Assembly (NCBI RefSeq): GCF_006345805.1
Contig: NC_042997.1
Coordinates: 100,192,001-100,256,000, forward strand
Length of the DNA: 64,000 nucleotides
Reading direction: 5' to 3'
DNA from: Octopus sinensis
Taxonomy: Eukaryota
The translations under genes were made by a program, and so were the position numbers. Below are positions 37,227 to 49,869 of the stretch, one piece after another (position 1 is the first letter of the stretch; every line of letters starts with the position of its first letter). The notes beneath the pieces are model-generated. The model saw only the letters and a list, made by a program, of their open reading frames with translations. It made no database searches and was not told where the DNA came from.

Positions 37227-39509
37227 TGAAATCTCAAAGCTACAAGATAATGCATGATTAATCCAAAACAATGTGAGTACATAAGCATTACACTCAACAA
37301 ATTAATCTGAATACTAAATGGTTAAGAGCCAGATGGGAAGTAAACTGTCAAATTGTTTAATCATAAAGGAACAAAAAGTATGCTCAAATATTTAGCCTAA
37401 TGAGGATGAAAGGCTTGAGACATTCTAAATTGCAAAGCAGTGTGTTCACCAGCATTAGGATATCATTGAAGAAACAAAGCTTGAATGCAAGCTCTCAGTA
37501 ACAATTGAAAGAAAGAAGTATAGTAGCATCACTACCAAAAATAAGTTCCACATGTCATATTACTAAGCTAAAAACAAGGAAAAATTAATTTCATATTCAT
37601 TGATTTACAAAATATCTTTGTCAGGATCCTATAATGAAATACTTCAGTAACTTAGAGAAAAAAAAGCAGTACCATAACTTTTCGGGGTATCCTAAACTAC
37701 TGGACACCTCTAAAGGCACCCAAAACCAAGTGGTCAAGTGATGGATTAAGTTTAGATATTTATGTAAGATGCTGCAGAGTGAATCAAACCCAAACTTCTA
37801 TTTGTGAAACAAGCTTCTTAACCACACAGCAAAACTTGTACATAATTTGCATACAGTAGGTATATAGTATGATTTCAGAGAGACTGACAGTGAACCACAA
37901 TTCCAAATGCACTAAATGTATTGGAATAGCTACAATAGGAGCACACAAGAACTGAACTTCATGACCAGTCCATGTAGGTCAGTTCTTGTGTGACTTGTTG
38001 ACAACGTGACCAGTTGATAATGTGACCAATGCATGTAGTTCAGTTCTTGAGACTAGTTGACAGTTTGTTATCCAGGTGATCAAATTAATGTTGGTGGTAG
38101 TTAAGGTAAGAAAGAAAGGAATGTAAGAAGTCAAAGGATTTTTCTGTACTTGCAAAAGACTAAGTATGAAACTTATTTAAGAGCAAAATACTGCAAAATG
38201 GTGGAATATCTATTGATGAGTAAATTGCAAGAAGGGTAAATTGGAAAGCTGAGAGCTGCAGAGATTTCTTCTGGTATGAACATATGTGGTGAATGAACAG
38301 AATGATGAAAAAGAACTACCAGTGGCATCTAAAATCAAAAAGATAAAAGAAACAGTGTCGATACTGTACCTAACCAATGAGATGAGATGTATACAAAAGC
38401 TATCTAGCATATGTTAGCATGGAAAAATATTTTAAAACAATATTTATCCTGGTGAGACACTTATGAAAAAAATATAACATAATCTTGTCTTAAGCATTTT
38501 GAAATATTTTTTTTTTGGGGTACAGTTAAAATTCTTGCATTCTTCTTTTAGTAGATCAAAGACTTTTTATTTGTAGCTATTTTTAACCACACACTCCCAC
38601 ATAGATGATACCACTTTTCATTTCTCAAATTTCTGCACACAGGTAACACCCACATGCAATCTAGACACCTCATACTAGACCTGCACTACTTCAATGAAGA
38701 GACATTGAAAACATACTTCATTGAGAAAGAATTTCATCTCTTTCAAAAGTACTATGACGCAACTACTACATATTATCAAGAAAGTTAAAACCAATTAAGT
38801 TTCTATAAATGATAGGCCACACAATCTTTCTTAAATAAGAATCAAACTAGCATCACAAAAGATAAGTTTCTTCTTCAAGGTTACGAAATTCAGTCCTGAT
38901 AATCATACTCTACACAACAAAAACATACAAGAGAATACACAAGCCAACAAAGGAGACTATATGCTTATACACAAACACAACCAGAATGGTTACAGCTGGA
39001 AAGTCTTTTATCACACGTGCTAATTTAGGACTAACCTGGGGATAAACAACATTAAGATGCTATTTATCACACTCTCAAATATCCCCCAAAGTTGGTTGAT
39101 TGCCAAAGACTCATTCATCACACAATACAATAAGCCTCATGATGTTTTTCTGTCTCTTCTACTACCACTCAACTGTTTCTGGTCCACTAGACCATTTCTA
39201 CTCAAGGTTACATAATGCACTCTACAGGATTTCTATTGTACCTATTTTACTATGATAAAATCATGTAATAAACACTCAATCCAGAACTGCAGTCATCTGG
39301 AACTCACTACCTGTCTGTTTTTTTACTTCTTTTCTTATATATATATCAACCTACAGAAGTTCAAAATGGGTACAAACAGTCTGGGAGTGCCTGTAGAGAT
39401 TATGAACATTGTCTCCCATCATTTATTTGGCTGGTAATAAGGATGATTTTACATACACACACACACACACACACAGACAATTTTCTTGTATTAGTTTAAT
39501 GCTGCTATA

Positions 39510-39815
39510 GCATATAATCTAGTGATTAAGAAGTTTGCTTCACAACCATGTTTCAAGTTCAGTTCCCCTCATAGTGCCTTAGGCAAATGTCTTCTACTGG
39601 AGACCCTGGTTGATGTGTGTAAGTCTGTTCCTTACCACAACTTGACAACCAACACTGATTTGATTATGTCACCATAACTTAGAGGCTTGGCAACTAAATT
39701 AATAGAATATGTACAGGACTTCAAAAGATGTACTGGGGTTGATTTCATTGACTAAACTTTTCAAGGCAGTGTCCCGGCACAGCTGTAGTCCAATAATTGA
39801 AGCAATAAAAAAAAA
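39510..39815 (+). mobile_element. Degenerate tRNA-derived SINE (related to 8379-8782)
   Basis: aagaagtttgcttcacaaccatgtttcaagttcagttccc...ttaggcaaatgtcttctact head, with a decayed gcagtgtcccggcacagctgtagtcc tail. Confidence 0.65.
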
Positions 39816-40547
39816 AATCCTTTTTTAAAAAATAAGCACAGGTGAGAAAAATACAAATAATCATGTGATCAACTGGTACAAGTATTTTATGATTGCTCTG
39901 TAATACTAGCCATAAAACTGTTAAGTTTGATATTGATCTTTTAGAATAGTGAAGGGATAAGAAGGGGAAAGAAAAGAATAAAAAGAAATCACTGTAGTTA
40001 AAATAAATAAATGAATAAAAACTATCAAACTTTTGTTTGGATAAATTTACTCAGTAATCTTGGCTATATTCACCATGAATTCTTATGTTCTTCCTACTAA
40101 CTACATTGATTCAAGATAGTGAACAAGATAATCTACATTCAGGAGTTCTAAATTCCACAAAGTTGTAATGATAACGAAAAAAAGTTTTGAGTGTAGAGCT
40201 CTTGTGAACACTTAGCTGAACTTTGTATTAAATTTTATTTTCACTCTTTAACACACAAACACACACACACCCACATAAATATATTCTTAAAACAAGAATA
40301 TTGTTGATAGTGACTTCAAAGGCTTGACCAGTGAAGCCACTGTCAGTATTTTTGACAATGGTTTAACTGGTCAAAACTTCAAAGTCATTATCAATAATGT
40401 TCTTGTTTAAGAATAATAAATTTGTACTCAACAGAAGTATAGAGTGACCTATCAGATGAATGTAAAACTATTTTTATCTCTTATGATAAAAGGCAGATTT
40501 TCTCTGCCTGTTCCTATGTTCCTTTTTAATACAATTCTACAATATAG

Positions 40548-41012
40548 AACTTCTTCAATTAGAATTTACCTATGATTTTTCGAAGTAGATTCGATTGGGT
40601 CATGGCATATAAAGTTTTTTCAATTTGACCCCCAATTAAGCAAAAATTCGAGAAAAGTAAATATTTTACGATTTGCCTCTATAATTTCAACTGCTTCACT
40701 CCTCCTATTACCATACTTTCTCCTACTTTCTCTTTGCAAGTGTACCTTAAACCACTACTCAAAAAAAATACAGAGCAAACAGAAACAAATAAATACATAA
40801 CGATTTACTCCTCACACAATTTCTTCAATTGGAATTTACCTATGATTTTTCGAAGTACATTCCATTCGGTCATGGCATATAAATTTCTTTCAATTTGACC
40901 CCCAATTAAGCAAAAATTTGAAAAGAACTCAATATTTTACGATTTCCCTCTCTCACTTCAAAGGCTTTACTCCGCCTATTACCACACTTTCTCCCACTTT
41001 CTCTTTACACAC
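40548..41012. repeat. Two diverged direct copies of a ~190-bp sequence, period 270 bp
   Basis: ttcttcaatt(a/g)gaatttacctatgatttttcgaagta...tttgacccccaattaagcaaaaatt starts at 40551 and 40821. Confidence 0.9.
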
Positions 41013-41243
41013 ATAGACACACAAACATATACATATATGACAGTGTCAATTGTTGAAAGAAAATTGTAAGCTAAGAAGGTGTGAGTGTGTGTGTGTGAGT
41101 GTGTGTGTGTGAGAGTGTGTGTGTGTAGGAAGTGAAGGATAAAAATATGGCAAGTGGACAGATGTACATATATACATACATACATCCGTACATACATAGA
41201 TGTGTGTGTGTGTGTATGTATGTGTATTAATGTATGTGTGTTA

Positions 41244-41628
41244 TCTCTCTCTATATAAAGCTGAAGTTGTCTGTGTGCGCCAGGTTTGGTAGCCTTCAAC
41301 TAACACTATCTCCTCTGAGACCCTGCGGCACAAGTTGACCAAAATTTAGAGTATGATAGAAGGGTTGCTCTTCCTTCCGTAGAAGATAAAATTCAAATTG
41401 GACCATGTTAACACCAAAAATTATTTACATCAAAAAGGTGCTTTTTTCTATGAAAATTCCTATTTCTTACGATTTTTTCACTGCTGTGTCGCCACTTTTC
41501 AGTGTATTTCAACCAGAAAAATGTTCACTTGAAGAGAATAAGCTACATAATGCAAAATTTTTACTTTTCAAAAATTCCAATTCCAGCGGGTCGAAACAAA
41601 CCCGAGCAACACCGGGCGATACTGCTAG
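41244..41628 (+). mobile_element. Non-autonomous Helitron (385 bp)
   Basis: A|TCTCTCTCTATATAAAG 5' end; GC-rich stem-loop CCCGagcaacacCGGG at 41601-41616, 8 nt before the terminal CTAG|T; inserted between A and T with no TSD. Confidence 0.82.
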
Positions 41629-44600
41629 TTATAACATAAAAACAAATATTAATAAGATACCACACACACATCCCAAATAACATTTGGATGCTATTTATCC
41701 ACCTTAAAACCTTCTGGTTAGCCATTGCTACATGTCTTTTCTAGGCTGAAATGTATGGTGCAATCACCCTGCTTTTACAAACAATGCTACTACTTAGCCA
41801 GTAACACTATTAATGATTTCACATTATAGTATAAAATCCACTCTATTTTATTGACTCTTTGCTTTAACAAGGAATGGATTATGATCCTTTCTGAACTTGG
41901 AGTACATTGTCTATCAAGCCCAAAGTTAGTTGCATCATCTTAGAAATAATAAACAATGAGTTTAACAATAAAATATTCAACAAGTTGATAAACATTCACA
42001 ATACAATTCTGCGAACTTGTAATGGTTCAATACTTTCATTGACTACTATGATAGGTCTTTCAGTTAAATTTCAATTTCAAAGACCAAACTTCATTATTTT
42101 AGCTCTACCATATATCATTTGAGTATAAAGATTAATTCATTCTTTACCCACAAAAACCACAATTCATTCTTAGACTTACTACCTTCACATACTTTAATAG
42201 TGCCCTTACCCTTTCTCTTCTAACATGTCATCCTTTAGCTTCCAAACCTATTTCCTACCCACTTCAAAGCTTGTTTCTTCCTTTCTAATGTCAGAAAGTA
42301 AATATTCTTTCACCATGTTTCTTCACTTAAAAATTTTTTATTTAGGTCCCAGATCAGCTTTACCATTTGCAATAAAATATGAAGGTATTTTAAACAAGAT
42401 GTATAATATACTAAACCTCGGTTTGGGAAACAACTTGAGGTCTAAATTCATATCACAAGAACAACAAAAAACCATCAAGCAACTTACACCAATCAGATTA
42501 CATTCAATGATTGACAAAGCTAAATATTTTTCCAAGAATAAAATAAGTTATCTCAAGAGAGCTTGTCATATAAACTTTCCAATGAAAGAAAATTTAATAG
42601 TCAAGTACATCATACTTAAAAGGGAATAAAAACTTTTATAGTGAAGTATATTACAGCCAACTTTAGTGTTGACAAGTACACATCATTGTTTACTAAAACT
42701 TGACAAACTATGTAGTTGATGAGTCATGTGATATTACAAGGTATATGTGCATGTGTAATATATACATGTGTGCATGTGTATATGAGTATCAACATGCACA
42801 AACTACATGTTTTAAAAAATCCAAGACAAATGTAATGTGATTAGACAACAGTTTGGAACAATAAATGTGAGGAGAATAAACAAATGTAAAGACAATTTTT
42901 TTTAAAGGGCTTGCTATGACATTAGCTGCCCACTCTTTAGAGAACAAATACTATTGTCCTTCAAACCATGAACTGAACTCCATTAGCAATCAGTCACCAA
43001 TTGAAACCTATTCTTCTGCTATAGCCTCGGCCCAACCAATGCAATGAGTGAAATTTGGTAGACGGAAACTGTGCAAAACCCTGTTACACACACATGTATG
43101 TATATGCAATGTGTGTGATTTGTGTTCACATCTTCACACTGACATTACTCCAATAATGTTTATGCCCAGTAAACAAAATATTTGATAACTGCTCAATATG
43201 GAAGGTCATGGAATGAAATACCTGGGGGTGAGGGTGAGAATAAAGTTGCCTATAAGAAAAGAAATACAGCTGTAGAATACTGCCCCGAGAAGTGTTGTGT
43301 ATCTAATCCATGCTAGCATAGAAAAAGTGTGCAAAAAACAATGAGGATAATGACAAAGTGTATGTGTGTGTGAATATATTTATATATTTTGCTACTTAAT
43401 ATATGCCATCAAAGAATGGTGGAATGTATTAAGGTTACGGCCATTAGCTGTCATGCATCACACTTTCCACAGATAGCTGTAAATATATTCACTCCCTTTG
43501 AAAATCAGATGAAGGAAGCTCTAGTTGTAAATTTGTAAAGACAGGTCAAATTACCAGGGTTGTTCTTGAGTTCAGTTTGCAGAATGAGCCTTGCAACAAA
43601 ACCACAGGATCTATATGCATAGTGAGACTAAATGTTTATCAAATGTATGCATGTAAATTTCTATACAACTTATCCACAAACATGGTCCCAGTACTTTAGC
43701 AGATAAATATGCTACCAGCGAATGAACCAATATGCAAATAAGCAAAAGCAGTGTCTGTTGTTCATTGCATTTTTCTTACATAACCTTAAATAGATTGCAT
43801 GAAGTAAAAACTGACAAACTTGTAAATAGGACAGGCAAATGAGTTGATGTTTCATGTTTATATAAATTTATCATATATTCGTTTTGTTAAAATATATAAT
43901 ATTCAAAATTTCATGTCTAATTAACTCATAAGAAAAGTTAATGAGTAGCCATTTTCATAAAAAATTAACTTGAAATATAAAGCACAGAAATTAGAAATAA
44001 ACTAAGCTTTTAATTACCTTCTAAAATAAACACATGTTAATTAAGATGAGCTATCTTGAAGGAAATAAAGTATATAATCTTTTGCAACAAATAGCAGATT
44101 GCAGCAATAGAGAATAAAATTAGTACAAAGACGAAAAAATACAATTGTAGAAAAACAAGTTGCTCTTTTGTATAATCTTTAAATGATTCCTTTCCAGTAA
44201 AAGAACTTTTGAATTGGGTAATTGATTAATGGAAAATTAAAATGTACACACGTGTTCATATTTGTATGTGCACATGAAAATGCACATTTTAAAACAGTAT
44301 GTTTTGAAATAAGAACACAATTACTATCTCAGAAATAAGAGGAAAATGAAGAATATTGAATGGAAGATAGAATAGAATGGTTAATTACAATAGTGATTTA
44401 AATTGTTCTCTATAGTAAGATTAAAAATACCAATAAATGAAGAATATCTAATATTAAAAAAAAACATTCTTAAAAAACATTAATTAAACCAGTAGAAGTA
44501 TGCGGAATTGCCTGGATTTATAGAAACCACCAGAAAAAGTCACTTAGACATTTGAAATTTCAAGGTAATGTCATAGGCTAAGTGTAACCCCCGACACACA

Positions 44601-44999
44601 CACACACAGTTTTATCATTTAGTATGGGATGAGACCTTTCCAGTTTACAAGCACTAAACTGGATATGTTTAGTGCTTGTAAGAATCATTTAGAATTGTTG
44701 CAGAATAGAAAAGAAAATGTAACCAACTAAAGTAGGCAGTTAAAAATATTACTATAGTTGTTGTCAAAATGACAAAGAAAGGATACAGTTCAACAGAGAG
44801 TGCAGAATATATACTGTTTGGTACTTAAAGATTCCCTATCAGTCACAATTTTTTGCTTGGAATATTTTTTTCTTGAAAGCCAAAAAGAAGAATTACTAGC
44901 TTATAAATGTATGAATTAATTAAACAGCACATTAGAAGTTGTAGGTTGTCTTTGTTACCTAAATAACAATGAACTACTGTTAGATGTAGGCTTTTTTAA

Positions 45000-46096
45000 C
45001 CCTTTCGTTACCAAACTGCCCAAAGCCGCCCGAAAAAAATTTTGGTTAATGTGACCAAACCGCCCAAATTTACCTATTCATATTTAAATGAGAATATCAG
45101 AGCAAATCTCTTTAGTACATTTGTGAAAACACGTGATTATGCTTCGTAAACAGTTCATCTACAGTTTTGTACAATGGTCGACGTGTAATTTTAATTCCCT
45201 GAATTTTGGGAGATTTTTTCCCACATCTTTTTCGGCATCGATTTTTCTTCAACTTTGAAAATAGATAGGAGTTTCATGTTATCAAGCATTGATTCCGAAT
45301 TGGAAAATTTGTGAAGCAAATACTGGGTACTGTTGTGGATTTAGTTTTTATACAGGGAAACTAATGTTAGTCAGCATGGCTTAGGGTATGATGTGGTCTG
45401 GAAGTTATTGTTTGAAGCGATCAATGCGGAAACAAACTTACGCAAAATGTAAACAAACACAAAATGGGGGTTCAAATTTTGGAAAATTTGTGAAGCAAAT
45501 ACTGGGTACTGCGTGGATTTAGTTTTTATACAAGGAAAATAATTTTAGTTAGCATGGCCTAGGGAACAATGTGGTCTGGAATTTATCACTTCCATACCAT
45601 AACCAGGGCCGTATATTATTTTTTGACCGATTTCTTTAGTTCGGTCAAACTTACAGTGGATTCCAGTATTTCACTTTATTCCACCTTTATGGTACACCTG
45701 TTGTGCATTAAATTCAACTGATGATATAGTGATGTGCACAATTCTTCTTTATCAAAATTTTGTTGCATACCCATTTGAATATTAGCTGATGATTCATTTT
45801 CTATGGTGATGTTTAAACAAAATTTTAATATTTTTACCTTTTGCTCAATTAAAAATTTTAATATTTTTACCTTTTGCTCAATTTACCTGTAATTAAAGTC
45901 ACTTTGAGACAAAAGTTATGCAATAGAATTGATTAAGAACCCTTTCTTTAATTATGTTCCAAATATCACATTAATATGTTGATAAGTAAAAAAGTTACAG
46001 TTATTTAATGAAACAAGCCTAGATTCATGATTATTTTAGAATTTAATTGAAACTCACGAGGGGTGTATTTTGGTCAGAAATATAGTAAGGAAAGGG
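45000..46096 (+). mobile_element. Internally deleted piggyBac element (1097 bp)
   Basis: TTAA|CCCTTTCGTTAC ... GTAAGGAAAGGG|TTAA (11 of 12 TIR positions match). Transposase remnants WKICEANTGYCCGFSFYTG, HGLGYDVVWKL and PYHNQGRILFFDRF. Confidence 0.9.
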
Positions 46097-46539
46097 TTAA
46101 AGTGTAGTCGCTAGAATAAAAATGTTCAGGTTTTATTATCTCTTTTAGGGAAATGAGTTTCTCCCTGTCCCCTTCACAAAAAAAGCAACTGTATGAAATG
46201 TGCAAAGGAAATGTCATATTGCATTGTCATGAGATTGGAGCATTTAATAAATCTGAGATGGCTGAAAAGAGAGGAACTGAATATGATTCCCTGTCTGTGC
46301 AATATTGTAACAATTATTTTCAACATCCATTTTACCATACTTGCATGGGTCAGATGAAATTTGTTGAAGCATATTTTTTACAGCTGAGTGCTATTCTTGT
46401 TGTCAACCCTCACCTATTTCTAAACAAGATAATGTTTTCCCTTGGATTGATATGTTTCGCATGGAAGACTGGAAATGAAGAACCTTAGTTATGAAGATGA
46501 CATTCATTTACAGCCATCACATGATGTCTAGACGAAGGG

Positions 46540-46690
46540 CATCCACAAACACACACATGACAGGCTTCTTTCAGTTTCTGTCTATGAAATCCATTCACAA
46601 GGCTTTGCTCAACCTGAGGATACAGTAGAAAACAGTTACCCAAAAGGCCACACACTGGAAGTGTTAACCACACAGCCATATCTGCACCAA
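46540..46690 (-). mobile_element. tRNA-derived SINE 5' fragment
   Basis: gacaggcttctttcagtttctgtcta..aaatcca..cacaaggc...aaccacacagccata matches 8620-8775. Confidence 0.75.
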
Positions 46691-48129
46691 TATGTATTGT
46701 ATATTACTGTGTCTTTTTGTTTGTCTTTTCCAACACTTGAGAAGGGACGTGCTGTGGCCATAACCCAATATTTATCAGGCCCTCCAAAAGTAGTAGGGTG
46801 AAGAGAAAAATCTATTCTCAAACAGGAGAGCTGACCTGAATGTTTGCAACAGAGTAAACACTACTAAAGGCATCCAAAGACCAAGTAAAGTGATGAATGA
46901 AATTAATTTGACAACCATGGAACTCAGAACACAAACTGCTAGACAAATACCATGCAACATCCCGTCCAATGCTTAAACAGTTCTGCCAATACACAACCCT
47001 GGGGAATCTATTTTACCAACCTTGAAAAGATGAAAGGAAAGTTGTTTTTAGCTAGGTCTGAACTCAGAGTGCAGCGCAGTAAAACAAAAACAGCAAAATC
47101 TTTTGTGCTTTATTCAAGCAAGTATGCCATTTCACTGCTTAGACTAGTTCTTGCAGCAGTCATTGAAGAACTACAGCAGTAAGTTTCTCTAATGGTCATC
47201 TAAATTCGAACTAGGCTTATCTTTATCGAACTTCAGCAATCAGATGAGAACCAATGTTTTTAATGTGATATGGCCCTTAGCAAAGCACAAATGATATGGA
47301 CATGTAAAGCAAATTAATGACAATTATTAGATGAAAAGTACATATAGAGACAGTAGAAAGTGGACACATGGTTAAAAGGGCTGGTATGGTTGGACCCATG
47401 AGAAAAATGGAGTTGACAATAACAGTGATGATGGTACATTACTATCTAGTAAATTCATATGGCTAAACAAGAGCAGTTTTGTTAATAGTTTATCATACAA
47501 ATAATGATAGGAGAAATGATATGCTTAAATGCTTAAGATTATTTAATTTTGTTTTGAGTTCAAATTCTACTGGAGTCAGTTGTCTTTCAACCTTCCAGTG
47601 TTTAAGTATTAGTCATATAATGGGATCGATTCAATAAAAAATTTCTTTACTTGAGAAAACTTTTTATATAATTCCAATGAACAAGAAATTGCTAAAACAA
47701 CACCATTTACTGTTTAGTGAATAATTAAAATGTAGTGGGGATAGAAATAGGAATACATATAAACCCTAAAGTTTTATTAGATTGCAATGGGACCAGAAAG
47801 TTCAAGGGTAAAAGACACTGTAGTAGCCTTAGTAGATATAAATATATCTTATTAGTTGAGTGTATATTTTTGATTTGCAAAAAAACTGCCGCCAAAATAG
47901 ATAAATTTTCTCTTTATCTAGCCCTTAATACCAACAATCAAAGAATAGCTTATTCCCAAATTTGAAAGCAATAACTATATTATTGCTTCCAAATTTGTTT
48001 ATATTTAGATATTTCAAATATGGTTATATTTAAACCAAGTATTGTTCTACTATCAGCTAAGATAAATGATGAATGTGCATAGAAATTGAATTTACTGCTT
48101 TAGCTACATTGATATATATGGTTTGTAAC

Positions 48130-48375
48130 AAAAGTGCCATATGCCCATGGGCATATAGCGCTGGCTACTAACCCCAAGATTCTGAGTTCGATTCCAGGCA
48201 GTGACCTGAATAATAATAATAATAAAAATAATAACATTGAATAAAATACCTTAGGAATGAGAACCCAGGTTTTAAATTTCCCCAAGACACCTGAAGAAGG
48301 CTGGAGGGTATATCAGTTGAAACATGTTAACAACAAACAAGACAAGGACAAATATCTGTCAAATGTAAATAATGT
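48130..48375 (+). mobile_element. tRNA-headed SINE-like element with an (AAT)n spacer and a Penelope-like/hammerhead-like 3' part
   Basis: B box GAGTTCGATTCC at 48184-48195; (AAT)n at ~48209-48235; CTGAAGA at 48291 and GAAAC at 48319. Confidence 0.65.
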
Positions 48376-49869
48376 AATTTTTTTTTATCCCCAAAATGAT
48401 GGGCATGTGACTTAACTGAATCTTGGACTTGAAATTTGTAGCACACACACACACTCACCAATTGAATATGTAAGGCAGATTGGTCATGACACCATTTAGT
48501 GTGTATGAATATTAGCAGCATGAACAAATATATATTGATATCAAACATGAAAAATAAAAAAATAAAATACTACACTAAAAAACAATCACACTAATAATGG
48601 CAGTCTCTTGAATTTATATACATGTCTTCTCCATGTATGAAACATATGCAGTTCTCTATAGGTAATCCTTATGCTCATTAGATATTGCATATATTATCAG
48701 CCCATCAAAATTGTTTTATTTTAAAAGCACCAGTCATTCTGCTTGTTCAAGGCATAGATCATATTGATATATCTCTGGTTTCAGGACTTTGTTATAGCTT
48801 ATTTATTGGCAACTATTAGCTAAAATGCTCAAATCTCAGTTAATTTTAATTTATTTATCTATTTTTATTTGAATACAATGGCAAGCTAAATTGCAACAGC
48901 ATTTACAAAAAACAATGAGACTTATGTGGGGGGTCAAAGGCTGAAGCCAAAATACAAACACAAAGGAATATAACTTACACTACTCACAAAATGCTTAGTG
49001 TTAATTCATGGTTTCAGTTGACAGTTTTAGTAAATGTGAACATAGATCAATGTTTTATAATATTAATCAACATACAAAGTAATACTTAAACATTTTTTTT
49101 TTACAATTCACATCACCTGTTTAAATCAACTTTTCAGTTACAATTGTACTTTATAGTGCAGTTTTATACAAGAAGGTAAATTCAATTTACTCACAACTAA
49201 CTCTTAGATTAGATTTTTTTTTTAATCAAAATTACTTATAATTAGTAAGTAAAATGTTCACTTAAGAAATTCAATTTACCATGTCTACTCTATAACAAGT
49301 TGAAGGTAACAAATCCTAACTTTGGTATTCATTAAGAATCAATTCATTTCAAATCTCATTTTATAACACTATAACATGCTAAGATTCGAAAATGAATACT
49401 TTATAACAATGTCCAGTTAGATAAACTACAATGTTAAATTAAGATTATGCCTATTTTTAAAAACAAGATCAATAAGAACTTGTCTAATTTGAGCACAAAA
49501 TACTTTTCTCTCATTTATTCAACTTCTTTCAATTTCCTTATGGTAACTAGTTGCATTTACAACAGTTGTTTGACTGAAGGTCAGTGATGGTTGAGCAGAC
49601 CAATGATAAAGGCATTCCAGCTTTGATGAACCTACCATTGTTTTATACCAAGGATATACTATTCAATGTGTCCACCTATCATTTTTAAGATAATAGGGTA
49701 TGTTCTGATGAGATTTGGCTGCTATTTGTAGCAAGTTGAATACCTGCAGAGATGCTCCATAAAAACTCAAATTGACAACAGTTGCTTTTATAAATGGCAA
49801 CTCCAGCATGACCACAGTCTAATGACAAACTAGATAAAAGATATGTGAAAAGAAAACTGATTTCAACTG

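Larger units (their letters stand above)
35104..37321. mobile_element. TTAA-flanked MITE (35104-35165 plus 37227-37321) split by the RTE LINE
   Basis: TTAA at 35100-35103 and 37322-37325; TIRs tcctttagtattca / tgaatactaaatgg; both halves match the other MITE copies. Confidence 0.85.

Noticed and set aside
41907-42629. ORFs of 71 and 134 aa on + (possible Penelope relic)
   Set aside because: No convincing RT or GIY-YIG motifs could be read, and the composition fits AT-rich chance ORFs. Left unassigned.
48139-48156. Perfect 18-nt palindrome ATATGCCCATGGGCATAT
   Set aside because: It sits where the SINE A box should be and is most simply a local template-switch mutation in a dead copy. There is no independent support for function.
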